A DNA stretch of 61,166 bases, taken from positions 179,546-240,711 of the forward strand of contig JBBTRR010000001.1 of the NCBI GenBank assembly GCA_038065095.1, written 5' to 3'. Below, in pieces: positions 36,118-45,587 of this stretch. The translations under genes and the position numbers were made by a program. Each line of letters opens with the position of its first letter. Positions within the stretch are counted from its first letter, which is position 1. The notes beneath the pieces are model-generated. The model worked only from the letters and a program-made list of their open reading frames with translations. It did not search any database and was not told the DNA's origin. This DNA comes from Patescibacteria group bacterium. GTDB taxonomy: Bacteria; Patescibacteriota; Minisyncoccia; JACQLN01.

Positions 36118-38166
36118 ATGGACAAAAAACAGGCCAAAATTAGAATAGAGAAGCTCAAAACGGAGATAAATCATCACCGTTATCTTTACCATGTTTTAGA
36201 TAAACCCGAAATTTCCGATTCGGCTTGGGATAGTTTAAAGCATGAGCTTGCTGAATTAGAAAATAAGTTTCCAGAATTTATTACGCCAGATTCTCCAACT
36301 CAACGCGTGGGTGGTAAACCATTACCATTTTTTAAAAAAATTAGTCATAAGTTTCCAATGCTTTCGCTAGAAGATGTTTTTAGTACAGAAGAATTTGGGG
36401 CGTGGCTTATTAGGATTTCTAAAATTGTACCAACCGATAAGCTAGATTTTTTTGGTGAACTTAAAGTAGATGGTTTTGCTATGTCTTTAATTTATAAAAA
36501 AGGAATTTTAAATATTGGCTCAACCAGAGGCGACGGCAAGATAGGCGAGGATGTAACCGAAAATATAAAAACCATACAAACGATTCCTTTAAAATTACGA
36601 GAACCCAGGGAATCCGAAATTAAAAATATAGGGCTTAATGCAGATAAAGTTTTAAAATCTATAGTTAGTGGAGAAATCGAAGTTCGCGGCGAAGTTTTTA
36701 TGACTAAATCTGTTTTCGAAAAAATAAACCAAGAGCAAAAAAAACTTGGTTTAGCCGAATATGCTAACCCTAGAAACACTGCGGCTGGCAGTGTGCGTCA
36801 GCTAGACCCAAAACTAGCAGCTAAACGCATATTGGATTTTTTGGCTTATAGTTTGGTTACAGACCTTGGCCAAGCAGAACACAATCAAGAACATTCCTTA
36901 CTAAAACTTTTAGGTTTTAAAACAGATGCCGAAGCTAGAGAATTAAAAAATATTAAAGATGTTACAAATTTTTGGAACGAGATTCATAAAAAACGCGAAA
37001 AAATGGCTTGGGAAATAGATGGATTGGTAATTTCAGTTAATAATAATCAAACATTTTCTAAATTAGGCGTGGTAGGCAGAGCGCCACGCGGAGCTGTAGC
37101 TTTTAAGTTTCCGGGTAAAGAAGCCACCACCAAAGTTTTAGATATTATTATTCAAGTTGGCCGTACTGGAGTGTTAACTCCTGTGGCTGTGCTAGATGCT
37201 GTAGATATTAATGGCGTAAACGTAACCAGAGCCACGCTTCATAACGAAGATGAAATTAGAAGGTTAGACATTAGAATGGGGGACACAGTTATTGTTCAGC
37301 GTGCAGGTGATGTTATACCGGACGTTATGAGTGTTTTAAAAAAACTACGCCTAAAAAATTCTAAAGAATTTAATTTTCCTAAAAAATGCCCAGTATGCGG
37401 TGGCGAGGTTAAACGTTTAGAAGGCGAAGCCGCGTATAAATGTATAAATAAAAAATGCCCTGCTCAGCATAGAGAAGGCTTGTACCACTTTGTTTCTAAA
37501 AAAGCTTTTAATATTGTTGGTTTGGGGCCAGAAATAATAGATAAACTAGTGGATGAAAATTTGGTAAAAGATTCTAGTGATGTTTTTAAACTAGAACCAA
37601 AACATCTTTTAGCCTTGGAAGGCTTTGCCGAAGTTTCTGCAGAAAAATTAGTAAACTCGATACAAAAATCTAAAAAAATATCTTTAGCTCGGTTTATTTA
37701 TTCTTTAGGCATAATTCATGTAGGCGAAGAAACTGCGAATTTATTGGCTGTGTATTTTAATAGTGTTGAAGGTTTATCTTCGGCGAACGAAGAAGATTTA
37801 AAAAAGGTTCCGGGTATAGGTGAGAAAGCTGCTGCAAGTATCGAGAGCTGGTTTGAAGATAAAGATAATAAAAAATTAATTACTAAATTACTTAATTGCG
37901 AAATTACTATTCAATCTCCGCCTAAAATTTCTAAAAAACTAGCTGGTAAAACTTTTGTTTTAACTGGAACACTAGAAACTTTAAGCCGCGATAGTGCTAA
38001 AGAAAAAATCCGCTTAATGGGCGGAGATGTTTCTAGTTCGGTCTCTAAAGAAACCGATTATGTTGTAGTAGGCGAAAACGCTGGTTCTAAATTTGATAAA
38101 GCAGAGAAGCTCGGTATAAAAATAATTTCCGAGAAAGAATTTTTAGAATTAATATCGCTTAATTAA
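36118..38166 (+). CDS. ligA: NAD-dependent DNA ligase
   Basis: KVDG adenylation motif (ELKVDGFA), Cx2C...Cx..C zinc finger, HhH region and C-terminal BRCT domain. ATG 36118 is preferred over the track start at 36073. Confidence 0.95.
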   Translation: MDKKQAKIRIEKLKTEINHHRYLYHVLDKPEISDSAWDSLKHELAELENKFPEFITPDSPTQRVGGKPLPFFKKISHKFPMLSLEDVFSTEEFGAWLIRISKIVPTDKLDFFGELKVDGFAMSLIYKKGILNIGSTRGDGKIGEDVTENIKTIQTIPLKLREPRESEIKNIGLNADKVLKSIVSGEIEVRGEVFMTKSVFEKINQEQKKLGLAEYANPRNTAAGSVRQLDPKLAAKRILDFLAYSLVTDLGQAEHNQEHSLLKLLGFKTDAEARELKNIKDVTNFWNEIHKKREKMAWEIDGLVISVNNNQTFSKLGVVGRAPRGAVAFKFPGKEATTKVLDIIIQVGRTGVLTPVAVLDAVDINGVNVTRATLHNEDEIRRLDIRMGDTVIVQRAGDVIPDVMSVLKKLRLKNSKEFNFPKKCPVCGGEVKRLEGEAAYKCINKKCPAQHREGLYHFVSKKAFNIVGLGPEIIDKLVDENLVKDSSDVFKLEPKHLLALEGFAEVSAEKLVNSIQKSKKISLARFIYSLGIIHVGEETANLLAVYFNSVEGLSSANEEDLKKVPGIGEKAAASIESWFEDKDNKKLITKLLNCEITIQSPPKISKKLAGKTFVLTGTLETLSRDSAKEKIRLMGGDVSSSVSKETDYVVVGENAGSKFDKAEKLGIKIISEKEFLELISLN

Positions 38167-38267
38167 AATCTGATAGTATAAAACCAAAGCTATTATTAAG
38201 TAACTTCACTATTACTAAGTAATCTTTTAACTTTTTGGATTTTGTTTTTAATTCCATTGTTTGGTCT

Positions 38268-38309
38268 CTAAATCCCCCGAGATGGCGATCGCCATCTCGG
38301 GGGATTTAG
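38268..38309. repeat. GCGATCGC-centred perfect palindrome P6
   Basis: CTAAATCCCCCGAGATGGCGATCGCCATCTCGGGGGATTTAG (42 bp). Confidence 0.9.
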
Positions 38310-38361
38310 GTGTTACAATAAATATATAATGGTTGAGATTAATTAGGCAAAAAATAAAAAA

Positions 38362-38931
38362 GTGAAAAAAGGAAATAGATTAAATCGCTTAGGTCCAAAT
38401 CAACAAAAAATACTTTTGTTACTTTCTGCTGGTATTGGTTTAAGCTTGGCGAGAACCCCAAGACAGTATTTTACAATTTTGAAAGAAGCTCCCAAAGAAT
38501 GGAAAAAAATAAACAAAAAATCTTTAGAAAGAGCTATTTATAATTTATATAAATCTAAACTTATTAGTGAACGTGAAAACTCCGACGGTTCATTAACTAT
38601 GGTTTTAACAGATAAGGGCAAAAATAAAGCCATTACTTTTAAGATAGATAGTATGGAGATCAAAAAACCCAAGCAATGGGATAATAAATGGCGAATAGTG
38701 TTATTTGATATACCCGAGAAACATAAAAGAGCTAGGGAAGTTTTAAGAGAAACTTTAAAAAGATTAGGATTTTATGAATACCAAAAGAGTGTCTTGGTTC
38801 ATCCTTATGATTGCCAAAATGAAGTAGATTTTGTGGTTGAATATTTTAATATTCGACCGCACGTTAGGATTATTACGGCTATAGAATTAGATAATGAATT
38901 ACACCTCCGCAAAATATTTGATTTGATCTAA
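38362..38931 (+). CDS. PaaX-like protein (N-terminal wHTH-like region + Cas2-fold C-terminal domain), paralog 1
   Basis: WRIVLFDIPEKHKRAREVLRETLKRLGFYEYQKSVLVHP matches the PaaX_C/Cas2-like pattern. It is a paralog of 55015..55602. Confidence 0.6.
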   Translation: MKKGNRLNRLGPNQQKILLLLSAGIGLSLARTPRQYFTILKEAPKEWKKINKKSLERAIYNLYKSKLISERENSDGSLTMVLTDKGKNKAITFKIDSMEIKKPKQWDNKWRIVLFDIPEKHKRAREVLRETLKRLGFYEYQKSVLVHPYDCQNEVDFVVEYFNIRPHVRIITAIELDNELHLRKIFDLI

Positions 38932-38932
38932 A

Positions 38933-38964
38933 TCTCACGAGATGGCGATCGCTATCTCGTGAGA
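38933..38964. repeat. GCGATCGC-centred palindrome P7 (one G.T position)
   Basis: TCTCACGAGATGGCGATCGCTATCTCGTGAGA has the same arms as P5. Confidence 0.85.
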
Positions 38965-39026
38965 CACACATAAAATATTAATCTTACTAATCTATTCTAT
39001 AGAATAGGGTGTTAATAATGTTTTTA

Positions 39027-39056
39027 ATAAAAAACCAGCGGCGCGATGGCCGCTGG
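39027..39056 (-). terminator. rho-independent terminator of the minus-strand orphan gene
   Basis: CCAGCGGC / GCCGCTGG stem. The A run on the plus strand is a T run on the minus strand. Confidence 0.75.
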
Positions 39057-39079
39057 GGTGTGGGTCTATCCAGACTCAT

Positions 39080-39400
39080 TCATGAAGTTGGGGCGGTACT
39101 GAGCAGGAGGTTTTCGGCCATTTCGATCAGTTCAGCCATTTCTCCTTGAAATTTCGGTGGAGTGTAGCTGTATTTGTCGTCTAAGAGCGTTTTAAGCAAG
39201 TTGTACGCGTTTTTTATTCGGACGGAGAGATCATTCTCAGATCTCGTAGTTTCGCATGTAATTTCCACATATCGCCTATATTCCTCCATGTTTTCTGGAT
39301 TGGATAGCCATGTGTTAGGAGCCCTATTTTCCATGCAGTAGAGAATGTCAGATACAGCTCTGCCTTCTGCCCACCACAAGTCGACATCTTTTCTGGCCAT
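39080..39400 (-). CDS. orphan hypothetical protein (106 aa) in a higher-G+C island
   Basis: GAGGAGG lies 5 nt upstream of ATG 39400 (MARKDVDLWW...). A TTGACA promoter-like box lies upstream and the gene has its own terminator. The track start at 39505 is unlikely. Confidence 0.5.
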   Translation of the reverse strand: MARKDVDLWWAEGRAVSDILYCMENRAPNTWLSNPENMEEYRRYVEITCETTRSENDLSVRIKNAYNLLKTLLDDKYSYTPPKFQGEMAELIEMAENLLLSTAPTS

Positions 39401-39503
39401 ATAGCCTCCTCTTGGGTTTGAGTGTACTGATGCAGACAATATCAACAATACTATAGATTTGTCAAGATTTCGGTCAAATACCAAAACTGCTATTATAAAC
39501 AGC

Positions 39504-39803
39504 ATGATAAGTAAGGACGAAGTTAAAAAGATTGCGGGTTTGGCTCGAATAGAAATATCCGAAGATCAAATAGAAAAATATCAAGCCGAGATGTCGGCTA
39601 TTTTGGATTTTGTTAGCGAACTTTCAAAAGCCAATACCAAAGGCGTAGAACCAATTAGGCAAATAACTGGTTTAGAAAATATTTTTAAAAAAGACGAAGA
39701 CCGAGGCTTGTTGGATCAGCATCAAGGTTTAACCTTGATAAACCAAGCGCCAGAACACAAAGATGGTTTTGTTGTTGTACCCGAAGTTTTAAAAGGAAAA
39801 TGA
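39504..39803 (+). CDS. gatC: Asp/Glu-tRNA(Asn/Gln) amidotransferase subunit C
   Basis: MISKDEVKKIAGLARIEISEDQIEKY... is a typical GatC sequence. Confidence 0.9.
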   Translation: MISKDEVKKIAGLARIEISEDQIEKYQAEMSAILDFVSELSKANTKGVEPIRQITGLENIFKKDEDRGLLDQHQGLTLINQAPEHKDGFVVVPEVLKGK

Positions 39804-39805
39804 GA

Positions 39806-39920
39806 TGAATTTTCAATTTTCAAATTCCAATTTTCATTTAAACTCCAATGATTCAATTATCAATTGAAAATTAAGATATTGAAAATTTATTGATAATTGT
39901 AAATTGCAAAATTGATAATT
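39806..39920. repeat. family-B hairpin element, copy B3
   Basis: ...AAACTCCAATGATTCAATTATCAATTGAAAATTAAGATATTGAAAATTTATTGATAATTGTAAATTG... Confidence 0.8.
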
Positions 39921-41348
39921 ATGAACTTATCTAAACTTACAATCGAATCGGCTCATAAACTCCTAACAGAAGGGGAGGTTTCTGCTGTGGAACTTACCCA
40001 GCATTATTTGGGCCAAATAGATTCTAAAAATAAAGAACTAAATGCTTTTCTTTCGGTTCATGCTGAAAAAGCTTTAGCTTCTGCCAAAGGAGCCGATATT
40101 AAAATTAAAAATGATCAAGCTAGTTATTTAACCGGAATTCCTTTGGCTATAAAAGATAATATTTTAGTTAAAGACGAGCTTTGCACGGCAGGTTCTAAAA
40201 TTTTAGAAAATTATAAAGCTTCTTATAACGCTACTGTAATAGAAAGATTAAATCGTGAGAGCGCAGTAATTTTAGGTAAAACAAATTTAGATGAATTTGC
40301 TATGGGTTCTTCTACAGAAAATTCGGCTTATGGTGTAACTAAAAATCCAAACGATATTTCTCGTGTGCCTGGCGGGTCGTCGGGCGGTTCGGCCGCCGTT
40401 GTGGCGGCAGATTTGTGTTTGGGTGCACTCGGTACAGATACAGGTGGTTCTATACGCCAGCCCGCTAGTTTTTGTGGCATTGTTGGTTTAAAACCAACGT
40501 ATGGTGCGGTTTCTCGGTTTGGTGCGGTGGCTCTAGGTTCTTCGTTAGATCAAATTGGTCCAATGGCAAAAACAGTAAAAGATGTGGCGATAATTTATGA
40601 AACAATTTCTGGGCACGATCCACTAGATTCAACTACTGTGCCAAATAATTCTAAGTTATTAGATAGGGTAGAAGAAATTAATATTGCCGATTTAAGAATT
40701 GGGATTCCTAAAGAATATTTTGAAGCTAAAGGTTTAAATTCGGAAGTAAAAGAAATGGTTATGAAAGCGGTTAGCTGGTTTGAATCGCAAGGCGCTACAA
40801 TAAAAGAAATAAGTTTACCACACACGGAATATGCTCTGGCCGCTTATTATATTATTCAGCCTGCCGAGTGTTCGGCTAACTTGGCGCGTTACGATGGCAT
40901 ACGTTATGGCAGGCGCGCCGATGCTAAAGATCTTTTAGATACTTATTTAAAAAGCAAAGGGCAATTTTTGGGTGCCGAAACTCAACGCCGCATTATGATA
41001 GGTACGTATGCTTTGTCTTCTGGCTATTATGACGCTTATTATTCTCAAGCTCAAAAGGTACGAACTTTAGTAAAAAAAGATTTTATGGAAGCATTCGAAG
41101 ATGTGGATGTTATTTTTACGCCAACTTCACCTTCTACTGCTTTTAAAATAGGCGAAAAAACAGCTGATCCATTAGAAATGTATGCTGCCGATATTTTTAC
41201 TGTAACGGCTAACTTGGCTGGGGTCTGTGGGCTTTCTTTAAACTGCGGTAAAATTAATGGGTTACCAGTGGGTTTGCAAATATTAGGCCCCTGGTTTGGA
41301 GAGAATTTATTATTTAAAGTAGGAGAATTTTACGAACAGCTTCGTTAG
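39921..41348 (+). CDS. gatA: Asp/Glu-tRNA(Asn/Gln) amidotransferase subunit A
   Basis: Amidase signature GGSSGGSAAVVA...GTDTGGSIRQPA. The track start at 39912 is a TTG inside the repeat. Confidence 0.95.
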   Translation: MNLSKLTIESAHKLLTEGEVSAVELTQHYLGQIDSKNKELNAFLSVHAEKALASAKGADIKIKNDQASYLTGIPLAIKDNILVKDELCTAGSKILENYKASYNATVIERLNRESAVILGKTNLDEFAMGSSTENSAYGVTKNPNDISRVPGGSSGGSAAVVAADLCLGALGTDTGGSIRQPASFCGIVGLKPTYGAVSRFGAVALGSSLDQIGPMAKTVKDVAIIYETISGHDPLDSTTVPNNSKLLDRVEEINIADLRIGIPKEYFEAKGLNSEVKEMVMKAVSWFESQGATIKEISLPHTEYALAAYYIIQPAECSANLARYDGIRYGRRADAKDLLDTYLKSKGQFLGAETQRRIMIGTYALSSGYYDAYYSQAQKVRTLVKKDFMEAFEDVDVIFTPTSPSTAFKIGEKTADPLEMYAADIFTVTANLAGVCGLSLNCGKINGLPVGLQILGPWFGENLLFKVGEFYEQLR

Positions 41349-41414
41349 TTGTTAGCTTCATTAGCTTTTAGAAAATACTAATGAAGCTGAAAGCCGAAAG
41401 CTGAAAGATAGCTA
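41349..41414. repeat. family-A-like hairpin element, copy A5
   Basis: GTTGTTAGCTTCATTAGCTTTTAG...CTAATGAAGCTGAAAGCCGAAAGCTGAAAG. Confidence 0.65.
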
Positions 41415-41963
41415 ATGGATCTTTGGTATAATTTTGTTGATTTTTTAACTACGTTACTTAAAAACCCCGAGCTTGAAACCTCGATAGCTGTTTTTAAGGT
41501 TTTATTTTTGTTAATCACATTATCTTTTTTGGTTATAGGTATTTGGTTTAAGACTAAAGCTGGCTTTTACGCCGAAAAGAAAATGTACTATTCTTACTAT
41601 TTTAATAAAAATAAAAAAACTGATCAGGCTACAACATTACCTTTAAAGGAGCTAAAAGATTACTGGTTGCAGTTGGGCACAAGATTAAATATGCAAGATG
41701 ATGCCCAGTGGAAGCTGGCAGTTATAGAATCCGATAATTTTTTTGATCATGTTTTAACTTTATTAGGTTATAAAGGAGAAAGTATGGGGGAAAGACTTCA
41801 AAAAGTTTTACCCGAGCATTTGCCCAACATAAACGATGTTTGGCGAGTTCACAAAGTTAGAAATTCTTTAGTGCACGATGCTACCTATAGACTTTCGTAT
41901 AATCAGGCTCGCGATGTTTACGATACATACGAAAAAGCTTTAAAACAATTGAAGGTTTTGTAG
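41415..41963 (+). CDS. membrane-anchored hypothetical protein
   Basis: One TM segment; no recognisable domain. Confidence 0.45.
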   Translation: MDLWYNFVDFLTTLLKNPELETSIAVFKVLFLLITLSFLVIGIWFKTKAGFYAEKKMYYSYYFNKNKKTDQATTLPLKELKDYWLQLGTRLNMQDDAQWKLAVIESDNFFDHVLTLLGYKGESMGERLQKVLPEHLPNINDVWRVHKVRNSLVHDATYRLSYNQARDVYDTYEKALKQLKVL

Positions 41964-42443
41964 GAGGGGAAATTTTAGGCTTGACTAAATTATATCTAAA
42001 TGGTTATAATGGTTTAACGGTTCTTTAATAAATCTCATTTAGTTATAGGTTTTAACCCTTTCCGAAAGGAGCTTTAGTATGACTACCGAAGTAGCGCCTA
42101 AAGACAAAGCAGTGTCTATAGGCATGGAGGTTGTGCTGAATGGTGGCAAGAAGGAAATGGATTCTGCCACCATTCCAATCCAGTGGGTTTTTAGTATTGA
42201 AGGTTTTGTAGGAGGGGAAATTTTAGGCTTGACTAAATTATATCTAAATGGTTATAATGGTTTAACGGTTCTTTAATAAATCTCATTTAGTTATAGGTTT
42301 TAACCCTTTCCGAAAGGAGCTTTAGTATGACTACCGAAGTAGCGCCTAAAGACAAAGCAGTGTCTATAGGCATGGAGGTTGTGCTGAATGGTGGCAAGAA
42401 GGAAATGGATTCTGCCACCATTCCAATCCAGTGGGTTTTTAGT
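41948..42443 (+). repeat. perfect tandem duplication, 2 x 248 bp
   Basis: 41948-42195 and 42196-42443 look identical by eye. The junctions share (A/T)TGAA microhomology. Confidence 0.9.
42079..42276 (+). pseudogene. duplicated 5' fragment of the downstream gene (first 39 codons)
   Basis: It is identical to the start of 42327..43547 up to ...IQWVFS, then reads into the duplicated upstream sequence. Confidence 0.6.
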
Positions 42444-43547
42444 AATGAAATAATCGCAAAATCTCCAAAGTATTTGCTATTTTTTGAACAAACAGAAAGC
42501 GAAGTTTCTGTTGATGAATCTTCTGTTTATGGACGTAGATATGTTTGTAAGGTGAGCGACAGTGTAAAATTTATACCTGTATTCAAGCCTGGATATCACC
42601 GCATGGCGATTTTAGCTCTCGCTGGGAGTGATGAAGACTCAAAAGGTGTGATAAATTCGCTTCTAGAAAAACATGGGAAGTTTCAATATTCTCGTTCCAT
42701 AGGATGGAATCGTTTAGAAAAAGGAATAATTCCTCATGCTTTGGACGATGTTGTTGTCGCGGCAACCGTAGTTGAGTTTATGGTGCCGGAAGAACTTTTT
42801 GCCGAAAAATCTAGAACCCGATTTGGAAATGTTGTATGGAGTTGGGCGAATCTTTGGTTTGATGACTCGCCAAACGATGAGTGTGATTATCGGCGGCGCA
42901 AGATTTTTGCGTTTACTCTTCAGCCGATAATTTTTCTTGTGGCGTCCGTAATAGGTGCGTTAATAGTTTTTATAGGAAGCTTAGTTGTTTTCTTTTGCGG
43001 TTACCGCCCCAAGAATATTTTTCACGAAGTTTGGCTGGCTTTAAAGCTTCAACGTTCCGAATTTGATATGCGTGAATATGGCAACCAATATCGCGTGTGG
43101 GAGATGGGACTTCATGGGCATGTAACAAAGCATATGCCGGTAACTGGAATAGAATTGTCTTTGTTCGTTATATTTTTGGTGGGAGTTTTTTTGATTGATT
43201 TTTCTGGGGAATGGTGGAGATTTCTATTGGCTACGGTTATTATGGTTTGTTTTTCATTTTTTCTGGCATTTATAGTGGTTAGTTGGCTGAAAAGATTGCC
43301 AGTTTCTTCGGAAAAGAAACAAGAGGAAGAAGAAAAAGCACGTCAGCGACGGCTTGAGCGGGAACGACTTGCGGAAGAAAGGTATCAGCGATGGCTGGCG
43401 AGTAATTTCAATCTCTCACTCAAGCCCAGTGAAGTTGATTTGAATAACTTGCCATATCCGCTCACGATAGGCGGGCGAGTTGTCCAAAACTTCAAGGTTG
43501 GTTTCTGGGCATTAAAGGCTAAGGTATGTAAACCGTATTCTAAATGA
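42327..43547 (+). CDS. hypothetical membrane protein with a charged coiled-coil C-terminal region
   Basis: A soluble N-terminal domain is followed by about 4 TM helices and KKQEEEEKARQRRLERERLAEERYQRW. AGGAG lies upstream. Confidence 0.55.
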   Translation: MTTEVAPKDKAVSIGMEVVLNGGKKEMDSATIPIQWVFSNEIIAKSPKYLLFFEQTESEVSVDESSVYGRRYVCKVSDSVKFIPVFKPGYHRMAILALAGSDEDSKGVINSLLEKHGKFQYSRSIGWNRLEKGIIPHALDDVVVAATVVEFMVPEELFAEKSRTRFGNVVWSWANLWFDDSPNDECDYRRRKIFAFTLQPIIFLVASVIGALIVFIGSLVVFFCGYRPKNIFHEVWLALKLQRSEFDMREYGNQYRVWEMGLHGHVTKHMPVTGIELSLFVIFLVGVFLIDFSGEWWRFLLATVIMVCFSFFLAFIVVSWLKRLPVSSEKKQEEEEKARQRRLERERLAEERYQRWLASNFNLSLKPSEVDLNNLPYPLTIGGRVVQNFKVGFWALKAKVCKPYSK

Positions 43548-43560
43548 GGTATTTGTTTGC

Positions 43561-43590
43561 CCGCCCCGATATAAAATCGGGGCGGTTTTT
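43561..43590 (+). terminator. rho-independent terminator
   Basis: CCGCCCCGAT / ATCGGGGCGG stem followed by TTTTT. Confidence 0.85.
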
Positions 43591-43649
43591 AATTGATTGA
43601 GCTGAGCTCGGTTGACTACAAGTTTATCTTAAGATAAACTTGTATTATT

Positions 43650-43871
43650 ATGAAAAACTCAATTATCGGTTTAAAAGAACTTCGTGAAAACACCGAAGTT
43701 TATGTTACTCAAGTAAAAAAGGGTAAATCTTTTGTGGTGGTTAGAAAATCTAAACCCGTCTTTAAAATATCGCCAGTTACCGACGAAGATTCTTTGTGGG
43801 AAACAGTTATAGATTTTACTCGTATTAAAAAAGGTGGTGTAGCAATTGAAGATATTATTTCTCGCCTCTAG
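43650..43871 (+). CDS. Phd/YefM-like antitoxin
   Basis: This 73-aa ORF with an ELRENTEVYV.. N-terminus sits immediately upstream of a RelE-like gene. Confidence 0.55.
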   Translation: MKNSIIGLKELRENTEVYVTQVKKGKSFVVVRKSKPVFKISPVTDEDSLWETVIDFTRIKKGGVAIEDIISRL

Positions 43872-43874
43872 TCT

Positions 43875-44123
43875 ATGGATAAAATTTCTAAGGCACTCAA
43901 AAAATTCACTCCCAAAGAAAGGATTTGGGTTAAGTTTGTTTTAGGAAATATACAATCTAATAACTTTCAAGGTTTAGATATAAAGAAGCTTAAGGGTTGG
44001 GATGATATATTTAGAGTACGCAAAGGCGATATTAGGATAATTTATAAATTAGATTCTATAAAAAAGATTCACATTCTTACCATAGGAAGACGCAAAGAGA
44101 ACACTTACAAAAAGGGTACTTGA
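43875..44123 (+). CDS. RelE/ParE-family toxin
   Basis: IFRVRKGDIRIIYKLD....ILTIGRRKENTY pattern. Confidence 0.7.
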   Translation: MDKISKALKKFTPKERIWVKFVLGNIQSNNFQGLDIKKLKGWDDIFRVRKGDIRIIYKLDSIKKIHILTIGRRKENTYKKGT

Positions 44124-44167
44124 TTTCTTTGCCAATAATGCGCTAGTGTTGTAAGGAAATAAATTCA

Positions 44168-45481
44168 ATGTCACCTCGTGTTGCTATACCTCTAATAATA
44201 CTTCTGGCTATTATAGCCGGAGTTTTTGTTCATCCTGTTAGCAGTTTTTATCCCAAGTCTTTTGTTAAGCCTTTTCGCTTGGGTTTGGATCTTTTGGGTG
44301 GCACTCATTTGGTTTACCAAGCAGATCTTTCTGGTGTGCAGGAAAGCGATAAAGATTCCTATATGAACGGCTTAAAAGATGTGGTAGAACGCCGAGTTAA
44401 CTTTTTTGGCGTATCGGAACCTTCCATAACCGTAAATCATTCTGGTGAAAACTGGAGGCTTATTGTGGAACTCGCTGGTGTAAAAGATATTAATCAAGCT
44501 ATTAAGTTAATTGGTCAAACTCCATTTTTAGAATTTAAAGAACAATTACCAGAAGAGGTAAGTAAGAAAATGGTGGAAGAACTTGGTAATCAACAACCAG
44601 ATCAAACGCAAGTTGATCCGTATTTTACCGCGACAGGTTTAAATGGCCGTTATATTAAAAAGGCTAGTTTGTCTTTTGATTCTCAAACTAACCGTCCAGA
44701 AGTTTTATTGGAATTTGACGATATTGGCAAACAGCTTTTTGCCGATATAACAAAAAAGAATGTTGGCAAACAATTAGCTATTTATTTAGATGGCCAACCA
44801 ATATCAGCTCCAGTGGTTCAACAGGAAATTACCGATGGCAGTGCCCAAATAACAGGAAATTTTTCTATAAATGAAGCTAAAACATTGGTAGAGCGTTTAA
44901 ATTCTGGCGCCTTGCCTGTGCCTATAGAATTAATTTCGCAACAAAGTGTTGGTGCAACTTTAGGCCAAGTTTCTTTAGAAAAAAGTTTGATGGCAGGTAT
45001 CATAGGTTTTATATTGGTGGTTTTATTTATGATTGTTTGGTATCGTATGGCCGGCATAATGGCAGTGTTCGCCTTAATAATATATACAATAATTTCTCTT
45101 TCTATTTTTAAACTTATTCCAGTTACATTAACTTTGGCGGGTATAATAGGTTTTATTCTTTCTATAGGTATGGCAGTGGATGCGAACGTTTTAATTTTTG
45201 AAAGAATGAAAGAAGAACTACGAAGTGGTAAACCTTTTGGAATTTCTTTAAAAGAAGGTTTTGCTAGGGCATGGACTTCAATTCGCGATTCCAACGTTTC
45301 TAGTTTAATAACGGCTTTTGTTCTTTATGCTTTTGGTTCTAGTTTAGTTAGAGGTTTTGCTTTAACCCTAATTATTGGTATTTTTGTTTCTATGTTTTCT
45401 GCTATTACTTTAACTAGAACTTTTTTAAAGGTTTTTGAAGGCACAAGATTACAGAAAGTAAAATTTCTTTGGAGACAATAA
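44168..45481 (+). CDS. secD: protein translocase subunit SecD
   Basis: LGLDLLGGTHLVYQAD motif and 6 TM helices, adjacent to secF. Confidence 0.9.
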   Translation: MSPRVAIPLIILLAIIAGVFVHPVSSFYPKSFVKPFRLGLDLLGGTHLVYQADLSGVQESDKDSYMNGLKDVVERRVNFFGVSEPSITVNHSGENWRLIVELAGVKDINQAIKLIGQTPFLEFKEQLPEEVSKKMVEELGNQQPDQTQVDPYFTATGLNGRYIKKASLSFDSQTNRPEVLLEFDDIGKQLFADITKKNVGKQLAIYLDGQPISAPVVQQEITDGSAQITGNFSINEAKTLVERLNSGALPVPIELISQQSVGATLGQVSLEKSLMAGIIGFILVVLFMIVWYRMAGIMAVFALIIYTIISLSIFKLIPVTLTLAGIIGFILSIGMAVDANVLIFERMKEELRSGKPFGISLKEGFARAWTSIRDSNVSSLITAFVLYAFGSSLVRGFALTLIIGIFVSMFSAITLTRTFLKVFEGTRLQKVKFLWRQ

Positions 45482-45585
45482 CTAAAAATATCTAATATCT
45501 AATTATTAATATCTAATCAAGGTGAAAAGATTTAGTCATTAGACATTAGGATTTGATTAGAAATTAGGTATTAGAAATTTATAAA
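45482..45585. repeat. long imperfect inverted repeat (TCTAAT / ATTAGA words)
   Basis: ATATCTAATATCTAATTATTAATATCTAATC ... CATTAGACATTAGGATTTGATTAGAAATTAGGTATTAGA. Confidence 0.65.
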
Positions 45586-45587
45586 TT

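Noticed and set aside
39401-39505. N-terminal extension of the minus-strand orphan gene to 39505
   Set aside because: The extension overlaps the gatC start region and is hydrophobic junk. A strong GAGGAGG RBS precedes the internal ATG at 39400.
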